From contig CAYXVF010000004.1 of assembly GCA_964468125.1 (NCBI GenBank), forward strand, positions 26,605 to 90,604: a stretch of 64,000 bases of DNA, read 5' to 3'. The translations under genes and the position numbers were made by a program. This DNA comes from an uncultured Bdellovibrionales bacterium (GTDB taxonomy: Bacteria > Myxococcota > XYA12-FULL-58-9 > CAYXVF01). Of the stretch, positions 1 through 9,538 are shown piece after piece (within the stretch, counting starts at the first letter, position 1; each line of letters opens with the position of its first letter). Below the pieces are notes generated by a model. That model was given only the letters and a program-made list of their open reading frames with translations, was not told the DNA's origin and ran no database searches.

Positions 1-1
1 C

Positions 2-709
2 GTGGCCCGTCCCACCGACGAGGGCGGCTGGGACCGCTACACGGTGATCCGTGTGATCGATCTGCGAACGGGCGACGTGATCGGTCACATTCGTCAGGGA
101 AAGGCCCGCCGCACCGACAGTCTCGGGCGCAAGGAGCGGTTGGCCCCCCCGGAACGGATCGAAGCGGAAAATCCGCTGTGGCAGGACGCCCTCCCCGCTC
201 GAACTTGGAAGATCGCTCGCAAGAAGATCCGCTTCGACAAAGAGCCAGTGGCGGTCGAAGGGGGTGCGATTCGCTTCGTTCCGGACGACGACGCCTTCAT
301 GACCCTCGCCGTCAACGAGCACACGCTGCGCGTCGTGTCCGACCCCGGTAGCGCGATCGGTCTCGTGCCTCAGGCCCGCCTCTTCGACGGAACCGACCTC
401 GCCCTCGGGCACATTCGGGTCGCTGGCGAGGCGAACCGGGTCGTCGAAGCCAAGATCAAGATCTACCATTCACACAAGGGACACGCAGTGGCCTACGAGG
501 TCGAGCTTCATTCGAATACGCCAGGGCACGAACGGCACATGGAGTACGGCAAAGCCTTTCGTCTCCCACGCAGCCGCCTCGGCGTCACCAGTATCGGAAC
601 GTGGAATATGTTGAGCGGCAACTTCGACCAACAGGAAGAGATCTTTGGAGATCTCCACCCGGAGCTGCGCTCGATGTTCAAGTCCTACGTCGGTCGCTGG
701 GACTACTGA
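2..709 (+). CDS. Hypothetical protein, 5'-partial (runs off the left edge). Convergent with the next gene.
   Basis: ORF is open to the window start and ends at a TGA at 707-709. Amino-acid composition is protein-like, not the Arg/Pro-rich pattern of antisense frames. No motif recognised. Confidence 0.4.
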   Translation: MARPTDEGGWDRYTVIRVIDLRTGDVIGHIRQGKARRTDSLGRKERLAPPERIEAENPLWQDALPARTWKIARKKIRFDKEPVAVEGGAIRFVPDDDAFMTLAVNEHTLRVVSDPGSAIGLVPQARLFDGTDLALGHIRVAGEANRVVEAKIKIYHSHKGHAVAYEVELHSNTPGHERHMEYGKAFRLPRSRLGVTSIGTWNMLSGNFDQQEEIFGDLHPELRSMFKSYVGRWDY

Positions 710-711
710 GC

Positions 712-2829
712 TCAGAGCTCGGGAGCCACGGCGATTCGGGCCGCGAGCAAAGGGTCGGGCGTACTGCGCCGAAACCAGCTGACGAGCTCCACATCGTTCA
801 CCTTCCCGTCGCCGGCGACGTCGCGATACTGGCGTCGAGCGTGCACGTCGTGCCGGAGGCGGACCGCGAGTGCCTCAAAGGCCGGCTCCCCCCCGATCGC
901 CTCGCGATAATGACTCGCCGGACGGCCCGCAAACCACGCCACTACGTCGCGCGAGTCCCCGTCCGGGGCATCGAGGGCTGCGCGAATGGCGCGTGCGGCG
1001 GCGTCAACGGCCTTCGGTTTTGCTTCATCTAGCAGGACGGCATGATCCACCTGGACTTCGGCCCCGACGAGCTCGAGCCCGAGTCGTCGAGCCGCAACGG
1101 CGGAATGCGCGGCGAATGCGTCGCCGGAGCCCCGCGCCTCGTTCTCTTCTTTGTAAGGCTGGTGAGCGCGATCATAGACCGCGCGGATCAGCTCCCCGGT
1201 CGTGCCCGGCGCAGGCGGCATCGCACGAAACATGTTGAGCCACTTAGGAAGACCCACGGGGGTGAATTGGCCGGCGTCGTCGCTCGTGAGCTGCCAGCCT
1301 ACCGGCTCTGGGAGCTTGCGAATCGCCGCCCGAAAACCCGCGGCGTCTCGCGCATACTGCGCGCGTTCGCGATGGGTGAGGGCTGGCCCATCCGGACTGG
1401 TGCTCGCCGCGTTCAGTCGCGGTCTCCAGCGCGCGGCAAGGGCGATCGCCTCCCGGTAGAGGCTCTCGAGCTTCGGCGCGTTCGACTCGCGAATATAGCC
1501 AGCGGCCGCGATCGCTTCGAAGTCCGGAATGGCGTCGATCTCCGAGAAACCAAAGGCGACGAATCCGGCCATGTGATGGCCGAGCTGCGACTCCGCCACG
1601 CGGCGTGCTCTCGCACGGCTGCCACCTGCTCGAAGCACGAGGGCGACGATGTCATCGAGGTGTCCGATGCCGTGCATCAGTGTCCCCGCCTGGAAATCGC
1701 GCTGGTAGATGCTCGTGGGAAACGGCGCCTTTTCCATCGCCGACTTCCAAACCGTACGCGCGAGCTTTGCGCGTTCCCCGTCGAGCTTCCCGGCCTGCTG
1801 CGCCGCCTTGACGTCGGATTTGATTTCGTCGGCGGTGGGGCGCGTGCGCGACGAAATGGAACGTCGCAACACCCGACGAACCGCGCCGCTCTTCTTCACA
1901 TCTTTCGGCCAGTGAGCGTCTAGGTCCCGAATGAGGGCGTGGGACCAGAGCTCCGCTCCGCTCGTCCCTAGCGCACGACCGCGCATCGTCTTCATCGGCA
2001 CCAGAGCGAAATCCGCGAGCGCCTTCGAGCTGCGCCCCTTGCCGCGGACGTCCGTCGCGATCGTGTCGAGGAAGAGTTGATCGACCTCGTCTCGCTTGAG
2101 CGCCTTACCGGACTTCTCGTGGGCACTCTGCAAAACGCATTCGAACACGCTCACCATGTGCTCGACATTTGCCGCCCCGACGGGGTCGACCGAGCAGTGA
2201 GGTGCCTCGTAAAGCGCCGCGCCGGCGATCAGGACGCGCGGTGAAACCCCTTTCACGCTCTTCGCAACGATCCGTGCTGGAGCGAGGCGCGAGACGAAGC
2301 CTTCCTGGAATTGGTAGAGGAGCGCGCGAAGAGACGCGCCAGCCGGATCGAGAGTGGGGATCACTGCACTGCGCAAGGCCTCACGTTTGTTTTCAGGCAC
2401 ATAGCGGTCAATCAATGTCAGGAATCGCTGTTGTGTTTCGTCGAGCCGACCAAACGCTTGCGCTAGATCGTCGCGAAGCTTCGCGGATCGGCGGTCGAGA
2501 GTCGAATCCGAGCGTTCGAGCTCGAGATCGTCAGCGAGGTCGCGCAATCCCGAGCGCAGTGTGCGCAGCTCGTCGGCGGTCGAGTGGAGAGCGCGCAACG
2601 CCTCGAGCATGCGCTCGACCACCGTGCTCTTCGCCTCACCTGCCGCCTCTTCTACGGCGACGCGCAGAGCACGTGTGCGTGTTTCAGCGCCGGTTGCGAT
2701 CATGATGTCCCTTGCTCTCCACGTGTCGATGAGTGTTCGGCCCTGCGAGCCCGTCTCGCTAGTATGACCCTGGAGTGAACGGCACGCAGCCCCCAACGTT
2801 CGAATTATTGCGCGCGAGCGCGGGTCCAA
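712..2829 (-). CDS. Large hypothetical protein (705 aa), last gene of a three-gene minus-strand operon.
   Basis: 705-aa ORF lies 28 nt downstream of the preceding minus-strand gene. Composition is protein-like. No recognisable catalytic motif. Confidence 0.5.
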   Translation of the reverse strand: MDPRSRAIIRTLGAACRSLQGHTSETGSQGRTLIDTWRARDIMIATGAETRTRALRVAVEEAAGEAKSTVVERMLEALRALHSTADELRTLRSGLRDLADDLELERSDSTLDRRSAKLRDDLAQAFGRLDETQQRFLTLIDRYVPENKREALRSAVIPTLDPAGASLRALLYQFQEGFVSRLAPARIVAKSVKGVSPRVLIAGAALYEAPHCSVDPVGAANVEHMVSVFECVLQSAHEKSGKALKRDEVDQLFLDTIATDVRGKGRSSKALADFALVPMKTMRGRALGTSGAELWSHALIRDLDAHWPKDVKKSGAVRRVLRRSISSRTRPTADEIKSDVKAAQQAGKLDGERAKLARTVWKSAMEKAPFPTSIYQRDFQAGTLMHGIGHLDDIVALVLRAGGSRARARRVAESQLGHHMAGFVAFGFSEIDAIPDFEAIAAAGYIRESNAPKLESLYREAIALAARWRPRLNAASTSPDGPALTHRERAQYARDAAGFRAAIRKLPEPVGWQLTSDDAGQFTPVGLPKWLNMFRAMPPAPGTTGELIRAVYDRAHQPYKEENEARGSGDAFAAHSAVAARRLGLELVGAEVQVDHAVLLDEAKPKAVDAAARAIRAALDAPDGDSRDVVAWFAGRPASHYREAIGGEPAFEALAVRLRHDVHARRQYRDVAGDGKVNDVELVSWFRRSTPDPLLAARIAVAPEL

Positions 2830-2856
2830 AAAGAAACTCGCGAATTTTGATCCGGA

Positions 2857-4392
2857 TCACAGACTTCCGAGCCAGGCTCGCCGCCACTGGGAGCGGCGCG
2901 AGCCCCAGCCGTCACGTCCGGCAAAGAGCAGGTCGAGCGCCGGATAGATGGTACTCGGGTCCCTTTGGTGTGCGCGAAGCACACGCTGCACCACCGGATG
3001 AGAGCGAGGGAGCTGGAGACGCGGCTCGCGACCCGGCAAGGGACGCAGTGGCAGAGGCCCCCGAGGTACGAATTGGACGCGCGCGGCTCGACTCGCGCGG
3101 GGCTCGAGTTGTGGGATCCGGTAGGCGCCGCTTTCCAACAGCTCCTGCAAGCGACGCCGAAAGGCGTTCTCTTCGGGCGTGAGAAGGTCGCTGGCGATGC
3201 GGCGGCCGCGGATCAGTCGCGCCCAAAGGCCGCGGATGCGCTCACTGCCATCGGTCCAATGCTCCCGCGCGACGCGTTTCAGTCGCTCGAAGGTGTTCCC
3301 TTCACCGAAAGGTACGTGTCCCACGATGGGCACGCCGAGGATCTCCGTGACCAGGCGCCGGCCGGCAGCATCGAGTCGCAGAGCATGAGGCGATACGCCC
3401 GCACGCGACTCGAGTCCCGCGACTTCGATCGGCGCTCGTCGCGCCCGCTCACGCAGGTCCTGCACCGTCAGTGAGGAGGCGCCCGCGGTAGGAAAAACCC
3501 GCGCTTGTCCGAGGATCGCCACATCGTGCCGTTCGATTGCGCGTGCGAACAAGAGCCGGCGAGCCAGCGTGCGCTCGTGTTCGGGCAGCCCGTCGAAGAC
3601 GCGAGACAAGCGCGCCATCGTGCCCTCACGAAAGTCCCGGACACGCAGGATCGCCTCCTCCTGGCAGCTCGGATCCCTCGAATGGATTACCGCGTCGTGA
3701 GCGACGCCCCCGGCGGGCTGGCTGTAGCGCTCCGCTCGAAGCACTTCGCAATCGATCCAGCGAATGCACGAGTAGTCCTCGTCGACCAAGAGCCGGACCC
3801 TGCCCTCGAAACGGGAATCGTGCAGGTCGCCCTCGAGCGCCCCCCCGGTGTGAGCCGGCGCCTCGTCCACCCGCTCCCCGTCGAGGGTCACCGGACGCCG
3901 CGAGTAGCGAAGATGCTCGGTGAGCAGCTCGAGCTCCCCCCGGCCCTTCGTGCGGAGCTGCAGCCGCGCCACGCAGCAGCAGCCGCTGTCGCGCTTTTCG
4001 GAGCGGAGCACCCGGGTTCGCGGCCCCACTTCGAGCCGCCACCGGTTGGGTCCGTCGTCGAATTCCATTTGAAATCCGAGGTCGGTGCCAAGGGCCAGCC
4101 AGATGAGCCCCCCACGCTCTTCGAGGGACAGCAGCGCGGAGTAGCGCTGCGCCGGCGAGCGGTCCGGTGACAGGGTGAGAACGAGCAGCTCTATCAGCTC
4201 CGCGGAGACTTGAGCGCCAGGCGCTGCGATCACGAGCTCTCGAGCGCTCCGGCGGATCTCGAGGGACTCCGCCCCTGCCCCCATTAGAGCTCGCGAAAGC
4301 TCGATCGGTTTCATCGCCGCACGGGAAAGCTGTGATTCCGTAAGCTTTCGGATCGCCGCTTCGACATCGACGCTCAGGAGCCCGTCCTTCAT
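2857..4392 (-). CDS. Hypothetical protein (511 aa), translationally coupled to the upstream GHKL/transglutaminase gene.
   Basis: Start codon overlaps the upstream stop (ATGA at 4389-4392). No recognisable motif. Confidence 0.5.
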   Translation of the reverse strand: MKDGLLSVDVEAAIRKLTESQLSRAAMKPIELSRALMGAGAESLEIRRSARELVIAAPGAQVSAELIELLVLTLSPDRSPAQRYSALLSLEERGGLIWLALGTDLGFQMEFDDGPNRWRLEVGPRTRVLRSEKRDSGCCCVARLQLRTKGRGELELLTEHLRYSRRPVTLDGERVDEAPAHTGGALEGDLHDSRFEGRVRLLVDEDYSCIRWIDCEVLRAERYSQPAGGVAHDAVIHSRDPSCQEEAILRVRDFREGTMARLSRVFDGLPEHERTLARRLLFARAIERHDVAILGQARVFPTAGASSLTVQDLRERARRAPIEVAGLESRAGVSPHALRLDAAGRRLVTEILGVPIVGHVPFGEGNTFERLKRVAREHWTDGSERIRGLWARLIRGRRIASDLLTPEENAFRRRLQELLESGAYRIPQLEPRASRAARVQFVPRGPLPLRPLPGREPRLQLPRSHPVVQRVLRAHQRDPSTIYPALDLLFAGRDGWGSRRSQWRRAWLGSL

Positions 4393-7300
4393 GCGGCCTC
4401 CTCGAACACGGCCGCAGCAGCAGCCTCCCGAAGTCGGGCAGCGTTTCTCTCACACGCCACCGACTGGCTGATGAGCCAGTCGACCCAGGCAAAGAGGGCC
4501 CGGTCCGGATTGTGTTCGAGCAAAGCGATCCGCGCGCGCACGTCCGGATGGTTCGGATTGATGACGATTGAACGAGAAGGGATTTGAATCGCATTCCCGA
4601 GGCGAAAGGGCGTCAGATCGAACTCGGTGAGCGCGCGGTCACCGAGGGCCGCCGACCAGGCGCAGCTGATGCCCGCATGTCTTTCGAGGAAGGGATTGAG
4701 CACGCGCGCGAGCGCGTTCGGGAGTGGGTGCACGTTGAGCGCTTCAATGCTCCCGAGGTCGACAACATCGAAGCTCTGCCGCACCAACGCCCCAAAGTAT
4801 GTGTCGTCGAGATCGAGAACCGGATGGCCACGTTGCGCGGCGGACCTCGACAGAAGGGAACGTCGGTTACCCGCCCAGAGCCGTCCACGCCGACTTCTCT
4901 CGAGCGCATCGACGAGAGACAGTGGTGGGCCACTCAGAGTCGGGAGGACGCGTCGATGTCCCAGAGCTGAGATCCCCTTCCACCCGGCACTCCCGCGCAT
5001 GAGCTCGCGTACCATGCCAGCTACGGCCGCCCGTTGCTCCGCTCCCTCGCCTCGGCGCTCGAGCGACTCATCGACCCGGCCTCGGCGCCAGAGCCATCCC
5101 AACAGAAGCAGCGCCAACGCGGGGAGGATCACGAGCGCGGAGAGCCAAAGGGGTGGCTCTCCCCGGGCCCCATCGACAGGCTCCTCATCGGTCGCGGCCC
5201 CAAAGGACGCGCGGTCCGCCGGCGGCGAGCTTGGCTCGGTCGACGCCTCGAGCCTGCCCGGCGTCGTGAACGAACCGGTCCCGGCGGCTGGGTCCACTTC
5301 CGCCCCTGGCCGCACCTCGAAGCTTTCCGTAGCGGGCCCAGGGCCCGGCCCGACGTCGATCGCCAGCCTCTCGACATCGACAGGGTCGCCTGCCACCAGG
5401 TCCTCCGCCGAGAGATCGTCTGCTGCGGAAATGCTCTCTGGCGCGGGACCGCTGACCGCCAGACGCGACGGTGGGGAGCCGACGGGCCGACCCGTGGCAT
5501 CCGCGACGCGCCAATGCCCGTCCTCGTAGTATTCGGTCCAGGCATGAAGGCCGCTGCGGGCTCGGCCTCCGATCGACACCATCCCCACCGCGAGGCGAGC
5601 GGGGATCTCCAGCCGACGCAGCAGCAGCACGTTCAGGCCGTTCTTGACGTCGCAGTCTCCCGCCTCTGTGCTGATCACCCGTTCGGTCCAGAGGCCCGGG
5701 TGGCTCTCGAAACGAGCGGCGGTCTCAGCGCTCACGTCGTAGGCGATGCCGCGCCGAACCTCGCGGGTGACCGTCTTCACGGCCTGTCTTGGCCGCTGTC
5801 GCCGAGCGCGGTTGACGACCCGAAGCCACTTTCGCGAAAGCGGCGCGCGCGCGGGCAACGTGGACGCCTGCGGCGCGAGATCGCCGGTTTCGCCGATGCG
5901 GTAGCGCAGGACATTCATTCCCCGAGCCCGGAGGTAGACACTCGCCTCTCCGACTTCGTCGAGCCACACCCGCACGACCGGCTCGCCATTCCAGGTGACG
6001 CTTTCGGGATCCACGCGATAGCCGGTGGGAACCGGGAGCACGAGCGGTCCAAGAACCGCGCCGACCGCCATTTCGACGTTGAGGCAGTCGCTCCCGCAGC
6101 TGAAATCGGGATGTACGACTCGCGACCGGAACCCGCTTTGTTGCCAACCATTGGCTGGGTCGTAGTCGTCGAGGGAGAGCGCACGAAAATAGAGGATTTC
6201 TTCGCTATCAACGGTCAAGGACCAGTCGCTGCCGCCGCGGCTCGGGACGTCGATCGTAGCACCACGGTAGCCAGTGATCGGACGGTAAGGCTGCCCGAGA
6301 CTTGGCGCCTTAGCTCGCTCGATAGGGGCTTCACGGGGGGTCACCGGCTCGAGTGCGGGCGACGGTCGGTTCAGCATCACCAGCGCCACCAGCGATGCGA
6401 CGAGCACGAGCGCCCAGCCAGCGAGCACCGCGCTCATGGCCGGTCCACCGAGGGCCCGCACGGCGGCGCGTCCCCGGTCCATGAAGCGCTCGAGCAGGCT
6501 TCGCGGCGCAACACCTTCGATCGCGTGCTCCACCAGCCGGTCGACCCGTGCCCGGGCGAGCCGCAGGAGGCGCCGTAAAGCGCGGCTGTCCACCGGCTGG
6601 TCGCGCGAGAGCACGACCTCGAGGGCGTCGCTGTTTAGGATCACCACCGGAGCGAGTCCCTCGCCCGGCGATGCGGGCCTGCGGCTCGTTGCGTTCGGCT
6701 CGAGCTCCTCGAGGACCGAGACCGTGCTGACCCACAGACCGCGCGCGTAGAGCTCCACCCGCGGCTCGGTCCCGAGCCCAACAACCCCCTCCGCCTCCCG
6801 CGACTGGAACGACAAGGTCACCGGTCCATCCAGTGTCATCGCCTCATTGATGGAGCGGCCGTTGTAGAAGACCGGGAGCGGGCGTCGGCGCCGACCGGCG
6901 CAGCGCAGGTAGCGACAGTAGTGGGAGAGCCGCTCGCCGATGCGCGCCTGGAGATCTCCGTCGTCGGGGCGACGCGGGCGGCACAAAACGATGTGTGTTC
7001 CAGGCTCATCGGAGACAGGCTCGACCGGGTCGATCCGCGAGAGGTCACCGGCGCATTCCACGGCCCAGCGCGTCTCCGAGCCGCTCTCGATCCGAAAACG
7101 CGTGGGCTCGAATCGGAGAATCGACCAGAAGCCGACCCCGAAGCGCCCGGCAGATTCGCTGGTGCCCTCCTTGCTGGACGCGTAGAGGCGGAAGAGGAAG
7201 CGCCGGGCGTCCTCGAAGCTCATTCCGGAGCCGTCATCGCGAAAGGAGAGCGTCAGGCCGTCAGCGCTCTCCCCCACCTGGACTTCGATCCGGCTCGCGC

Positions 7301-7406
7301 CCGCGTCACGGGAGTTTTGCGCCAACTCCCGCAAAAAAACGAACGGATCATCACCGTAGCGTTCGCCCTCGTGCAGGGCTCGAGACCTGAAGCGCTGCGC
7401 GTCCAT
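4389..7406 (-). CDS. Membrane protein with an N-terminal GHKL (Hsp90/MutL-type) ATPase domain, two TM helices and a transglutaminase-like Cys-His-Asp domain (1005 aa).
   Basis: N-terminus shows the GHKL boxes: LRELAQNSRDAGASRIEV (N-box), DDGSGMSFEDARRFL (G1), GRFGVGFWSILRF (G2). A hydrophobic segment AVLAGWALVLVASLVALVML follows. The transglutaminase-like core is GDCDVKNGLNVLLLRRLEIPARL...GLHAWTEYYEDGHWRVADAT. A second TM segment is LWLSALVILPALALLLLGWLW. Confidence 0.65.
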   Translation of the reverse strand: MDAQRFRSRALHEGERYGDDPFVFLRELAQNSRDAGASRIEVQVGESADGLTLSFRDDGSGMSFEDARRFLFRLYASSKEGTSESAGRFGVGFWSILRFEPTRFRIESGSETRWAVECAGDLSRIDPVEPVSDEPGTHIVLCRPRRPDDGDLQARIGERLSHYCRYLRCAGRRRRPLPVFYNGRSINEAMTLDGPVTLSFQSREAEGVVGLGTEPRVELYARGLWVSTVSVLEELEPNATSRRPASPGEGLAPVVILNSDALEVVLSRDQPVDSRALRRLLRLARARVDRLVEHAIEGVAPRSLLERFMDRGRAAVRALGGPAMSAVLAGWALVLVASLVALVMLNRPSPALEPVTPREAPIERAKAPSLGQPYRPITGYRGATIDVPSRGGSDWSLTVDSEEILYFRALSLDDYDPANGWQQSGFRSRVVHPDFSCGSDCLNVEMAVGAVLGPLVLPVPTGYRVDPESVTWNGEPVVRVWLDEVGEASVYLRARGMNVLRYRIGETGDLAPQASTLPARAPLSRKWLRVVNRARRQRPRQAVKTVTREVRRGIAYDVSAETAARFESHPGLWTERVISTEAGDCDVKNGLNVLLLRRLEIPARLAVGMVSIGGRARSGLHAWTEYYEDGHWRVADATGRPVGSPPSRLAVSGPAPESISAADDLSAEDLVAGDPVDVERLAIDVGPGPGPATESFEVRPGAEVDPAAGTGSFTTPGRLEASTEPSSPPADRASFGAATDEEPVDGARGEPPLWLSALVILPALALLLLGWLWRRGRVDESLERRGEGAEQRAAVAGMVRELMRGSAGWKGISALGHRRVLPTLSGPPLSLVDALERSRRGRLWAGNRRSLLSRSAAQRGHPVLDLDDTYFGALVRQSFDVVDLGSIEALNVHPLPNALARVLNPFLERHAGISCAWSAALGDRALTEFDLTPFRLGNAIQIPSRSIVINPNHPDVRARIALLEHNPDRALFAWVDWLISQSVACERNAARLREAAAAAVFEEAA

Positions 7407-7489
7407 GGAACGAGAGCGGGGAGCGGCAGTAGCGACCGCGGTCCCCTTCTCGGGAGCTTGCCATAGGCTGCAGGCGCTTGGCGACCCGT

Positions 7490-8245
7490 TCAGCTCGTGG
7501 GGGTCCAGCTGTTGTGCTGCTCACCGTAGCGGAAGAGCAGGCCGCGATAGCGGTCGAGCACCTTTCCGGCGTAGAAGTCGTAAATCTCGTGGGGCAGCCG
7601 GCCCTGCGTCGCAAGAATGTAGCGCGTGGCTGCGGGACCCCGATTGTAGGCGGTCAAGGACTGATCCAGACGCCCAAAGCGCTCGTAGAGAAAGCCGAAA
7701 TAGCGGATCCCCAGGGTCACATTCGTCTCCGGGTCGAAGCTGTGACCGTCGGGCCAGGCCAAACCTTCGCGGTCGGCCATCCAAGCGGCGGTGGGGGGCA
7801 TCAGCTGCATCAACCCTTCGGCGCCGACCGGCGAGATCGCCAGGTGGTCGAAGTAGCTCTCGACGTAGATGAGCGCCACGAAGAGCAACGGGTCAAAGCC
7901 GGCCTCGTCCGCTTCACGGGTGATCGCCTGGGCCGTGCGCATGATGTCGTGCTGCGGGAGCGTGCGAACGCAGCGCAGCAGCTCCCGAGCCACCGCATCC
8001 TCCCGGGTGCGGACGACGACCGGCGGAGGCAGTACGACTTTGATGTCCTCGAGAAAATACTGCGGGTCTCGCGGCGTGGTCAGAACAGCGACCGGGCTAC
8101 GGCGCGCGCCAAAGGCTTCGCGGGTCACGGTCTCCGCAATCGCCCGAGCGCCGGGGGTCGCGGCGATGGCCAGCAAAATGGGCAACCAGGCGAACGCTCC
8201 AATGCGCCGCGCGGCTCCCTTCCATGTCTGCTTCCATCGTTTCAC
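7490..8245 (-). CDS. Lytic transglycosylase (SLT domain) with a signal peptide.
   Basis: SLT catalytic region FVALIYVESYFDHLAISPVGAEGLMQLMP (ES-Y and GLMQ motifs). N-terminal hydrophobic leader present. Confidence 0.75.
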   Translation of the reverse strand: MKRWKQTWKGAARRIGAFAWLPILLAIAATPGARAIAETVTREAFGARRSPVAVLTTPRDPQYFLEDIKVVLPPPVVVRTREDAVARELLRCVRTLPQHDIMRTAQAITREADEAGFDPLLFVALIYVESYFDHLAISPVGAEGLMQLMPPTAAWMADREGLAWPDGHSFDPETNVTLGIRYFGFLYERFGRLDQSLTAYNRGPAATRYILATQGRLPHEIYDFYAGKVLDRYRGLLFRYGEQHNSWTPTS

Positions 8246-8487
8246 GAACCTGCCTCACTAGCCCGAGAGTCTGACGCGTTTCATCGGCGCTGCTCCCGGT
8301 CCGGTTGCGGGAATCAGTCTAGACAACCGGTGCAACCGTTACTCGCCCGGGAGGAGCGGTCGTGCTCTCTGACGACACACCGCCGCTCCCCTTCAGGCGG
8401 CGCGCTTCTAACCGCGACCGTTTCTTTTGGGAACCTCAAAAGCGCCGCGTAATGCAGGGTTTTACGCGAGCAGATTCCTCAATGAAT

Positions 8488-8877
8488 TCATACCTTTTCG
8501 TTACGCCGTGCCGCTTCCAGAAGCGCGACGCGACGTTCTAAATCGCGGATTTGGCCCGCGAGGCCGCCGATGTCGCGGGTTTGCGCCACCTGCAGGGATG
8601 CGAGAAAGGACGTGACCGAGTCCTCGAAACGCCGCTCGAGCCCGACGCGCATGTCCTGCAGCTGCGCGGCGTTCTCGCTCACCCACGCCGGAGCCTTCGG
8701 CAGACGGGCGAGGAGCGCATCGAAACGCACTTTGCTCTTGCCATTATCCTCGGTCGCTTCCGAGCTCTCGCCTTCGACCTGCGCTTCACGTTCCACTTCA
8801 ACACTCGACATGGAGTCCTCCTCACGGGCGCGACGGGGAATCCGCATAACGCCCTGCGTCACCACTGATGTCGACAC
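8488..8877 (-). CDS. Hypothetical coiled-coil protein (129 aa). Phasin-like is possible but not supported.
   Basis: ORF with an acidic N-terminus and a heptad-like C-terminus (IRDLERRVALLEAARR). No family assignment possible. Confidence 0.35.
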   Translation of the reverse strand: MSTSVVTQGVMRIPRRAREEDSMSSVEVEREAQVEGESSEATEDNGKSKVRFDALLARLPKAPAWVSENAAQLQDMRVGLERRFEDSVTSFLASLQVAQTRDIGGLAGQIRDLERRVALLEAARRNEKV

Positions 8878-9325
8878 ATTGCGTCATTTCGTCAAGGTGC
8901 TTTTTGGCGCACTTGATCCATGCCGTTTTCGTAAGCACGCTCTTCGTGGCACGATCGAATCCAAAGCGACGAGCGCGCGCGAAACGGTTGAAGATGAATC
9001 AGCGGCGTGCCGCGATGTTCTGCGGAGCGCACAAAAGCCCCCTCGGGAGAAAAAAATGAGCGAAGCGACGGCATTTCAAACCCATCACAAGTCCTCGCCG
9101 CGGATCGAAGCCGAGTGGCGCGAAGCACACGCTCTGCTGAACATTTTGAAGGTGCCCGGTAGCAATGACCCACTGCCCGATCGCCTGCGCGCGCTCCTTC
9201 TCGCCCGAACGCCGGTGCTCTCCGATCCGGAGCGCGGTTGAGGCCTGGCCGTAGCGACAGCTGCCTTGTCCGCCCGATTCTCTTCTGACATGTAACGGCG
9301 CCTACGACGGAAAGGACCCGGAGAA

Positions 9326-9508
9326 ATGGCAACGGTCAAAGAGGATATGGTCGTCAAATACCAAACCACCACGGACGGGGATGTCGAAGAAGCGCAGCTC
9401 TCCGCGGGTGACGAGCTCTACGTCGTCAAGGAGTGGGAGCGCCACTACCTGGTTCGGGACGACGACGGCCACTACTACAACATCGAGAAAGACAAGCTCG
9501 ACAACTGA
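9326..9508 (+). CDS. Small conserved-looking hypothetical protein (60 aa) immediately upstream of alaS.
   Basis: GGAG ribosome-binding site 7 nt upstream of the ATG. Protein-like composition (MATVKEDMVVKYQTTTDGD...). Confidence 0.45.
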   Translation: MATVKEDMVVKYQTTTDGDVEEAQLSAGDELYVVKEWERHYLVRDDDGHYYNIEKDKLDN

Positions 9509-9538
9509 CGAGGCCCACCGGGCCCGAGACTTTCGACC

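Noticed and set aside
7478-8452. 324-aa plus-strand ORF overlapping the lytic transglycosylase gene.
   Set aside because: Arg/Gly/Pro-rich antisense frame typical of high-GC DNA. The minus-strand frame carries the clear SLT catalytic motif.
8488-8877. Possible phasin (PHA granule protein) assignment for the 129-aa coiled-coil ORF.
   Set aside because: Resemblance is only compositional. No diagnostic motif, so kept as hypothetical.
8878-9325. A 450-bp stretch of low coding potential upstream of alaS: possible ncRNA, riboswitch or T-box.
   Set aside because: I could not fold or recognise any RNA family by eye. Gram-negative-like alaS would not use a T-box. Left as an intergenic/promoter region.
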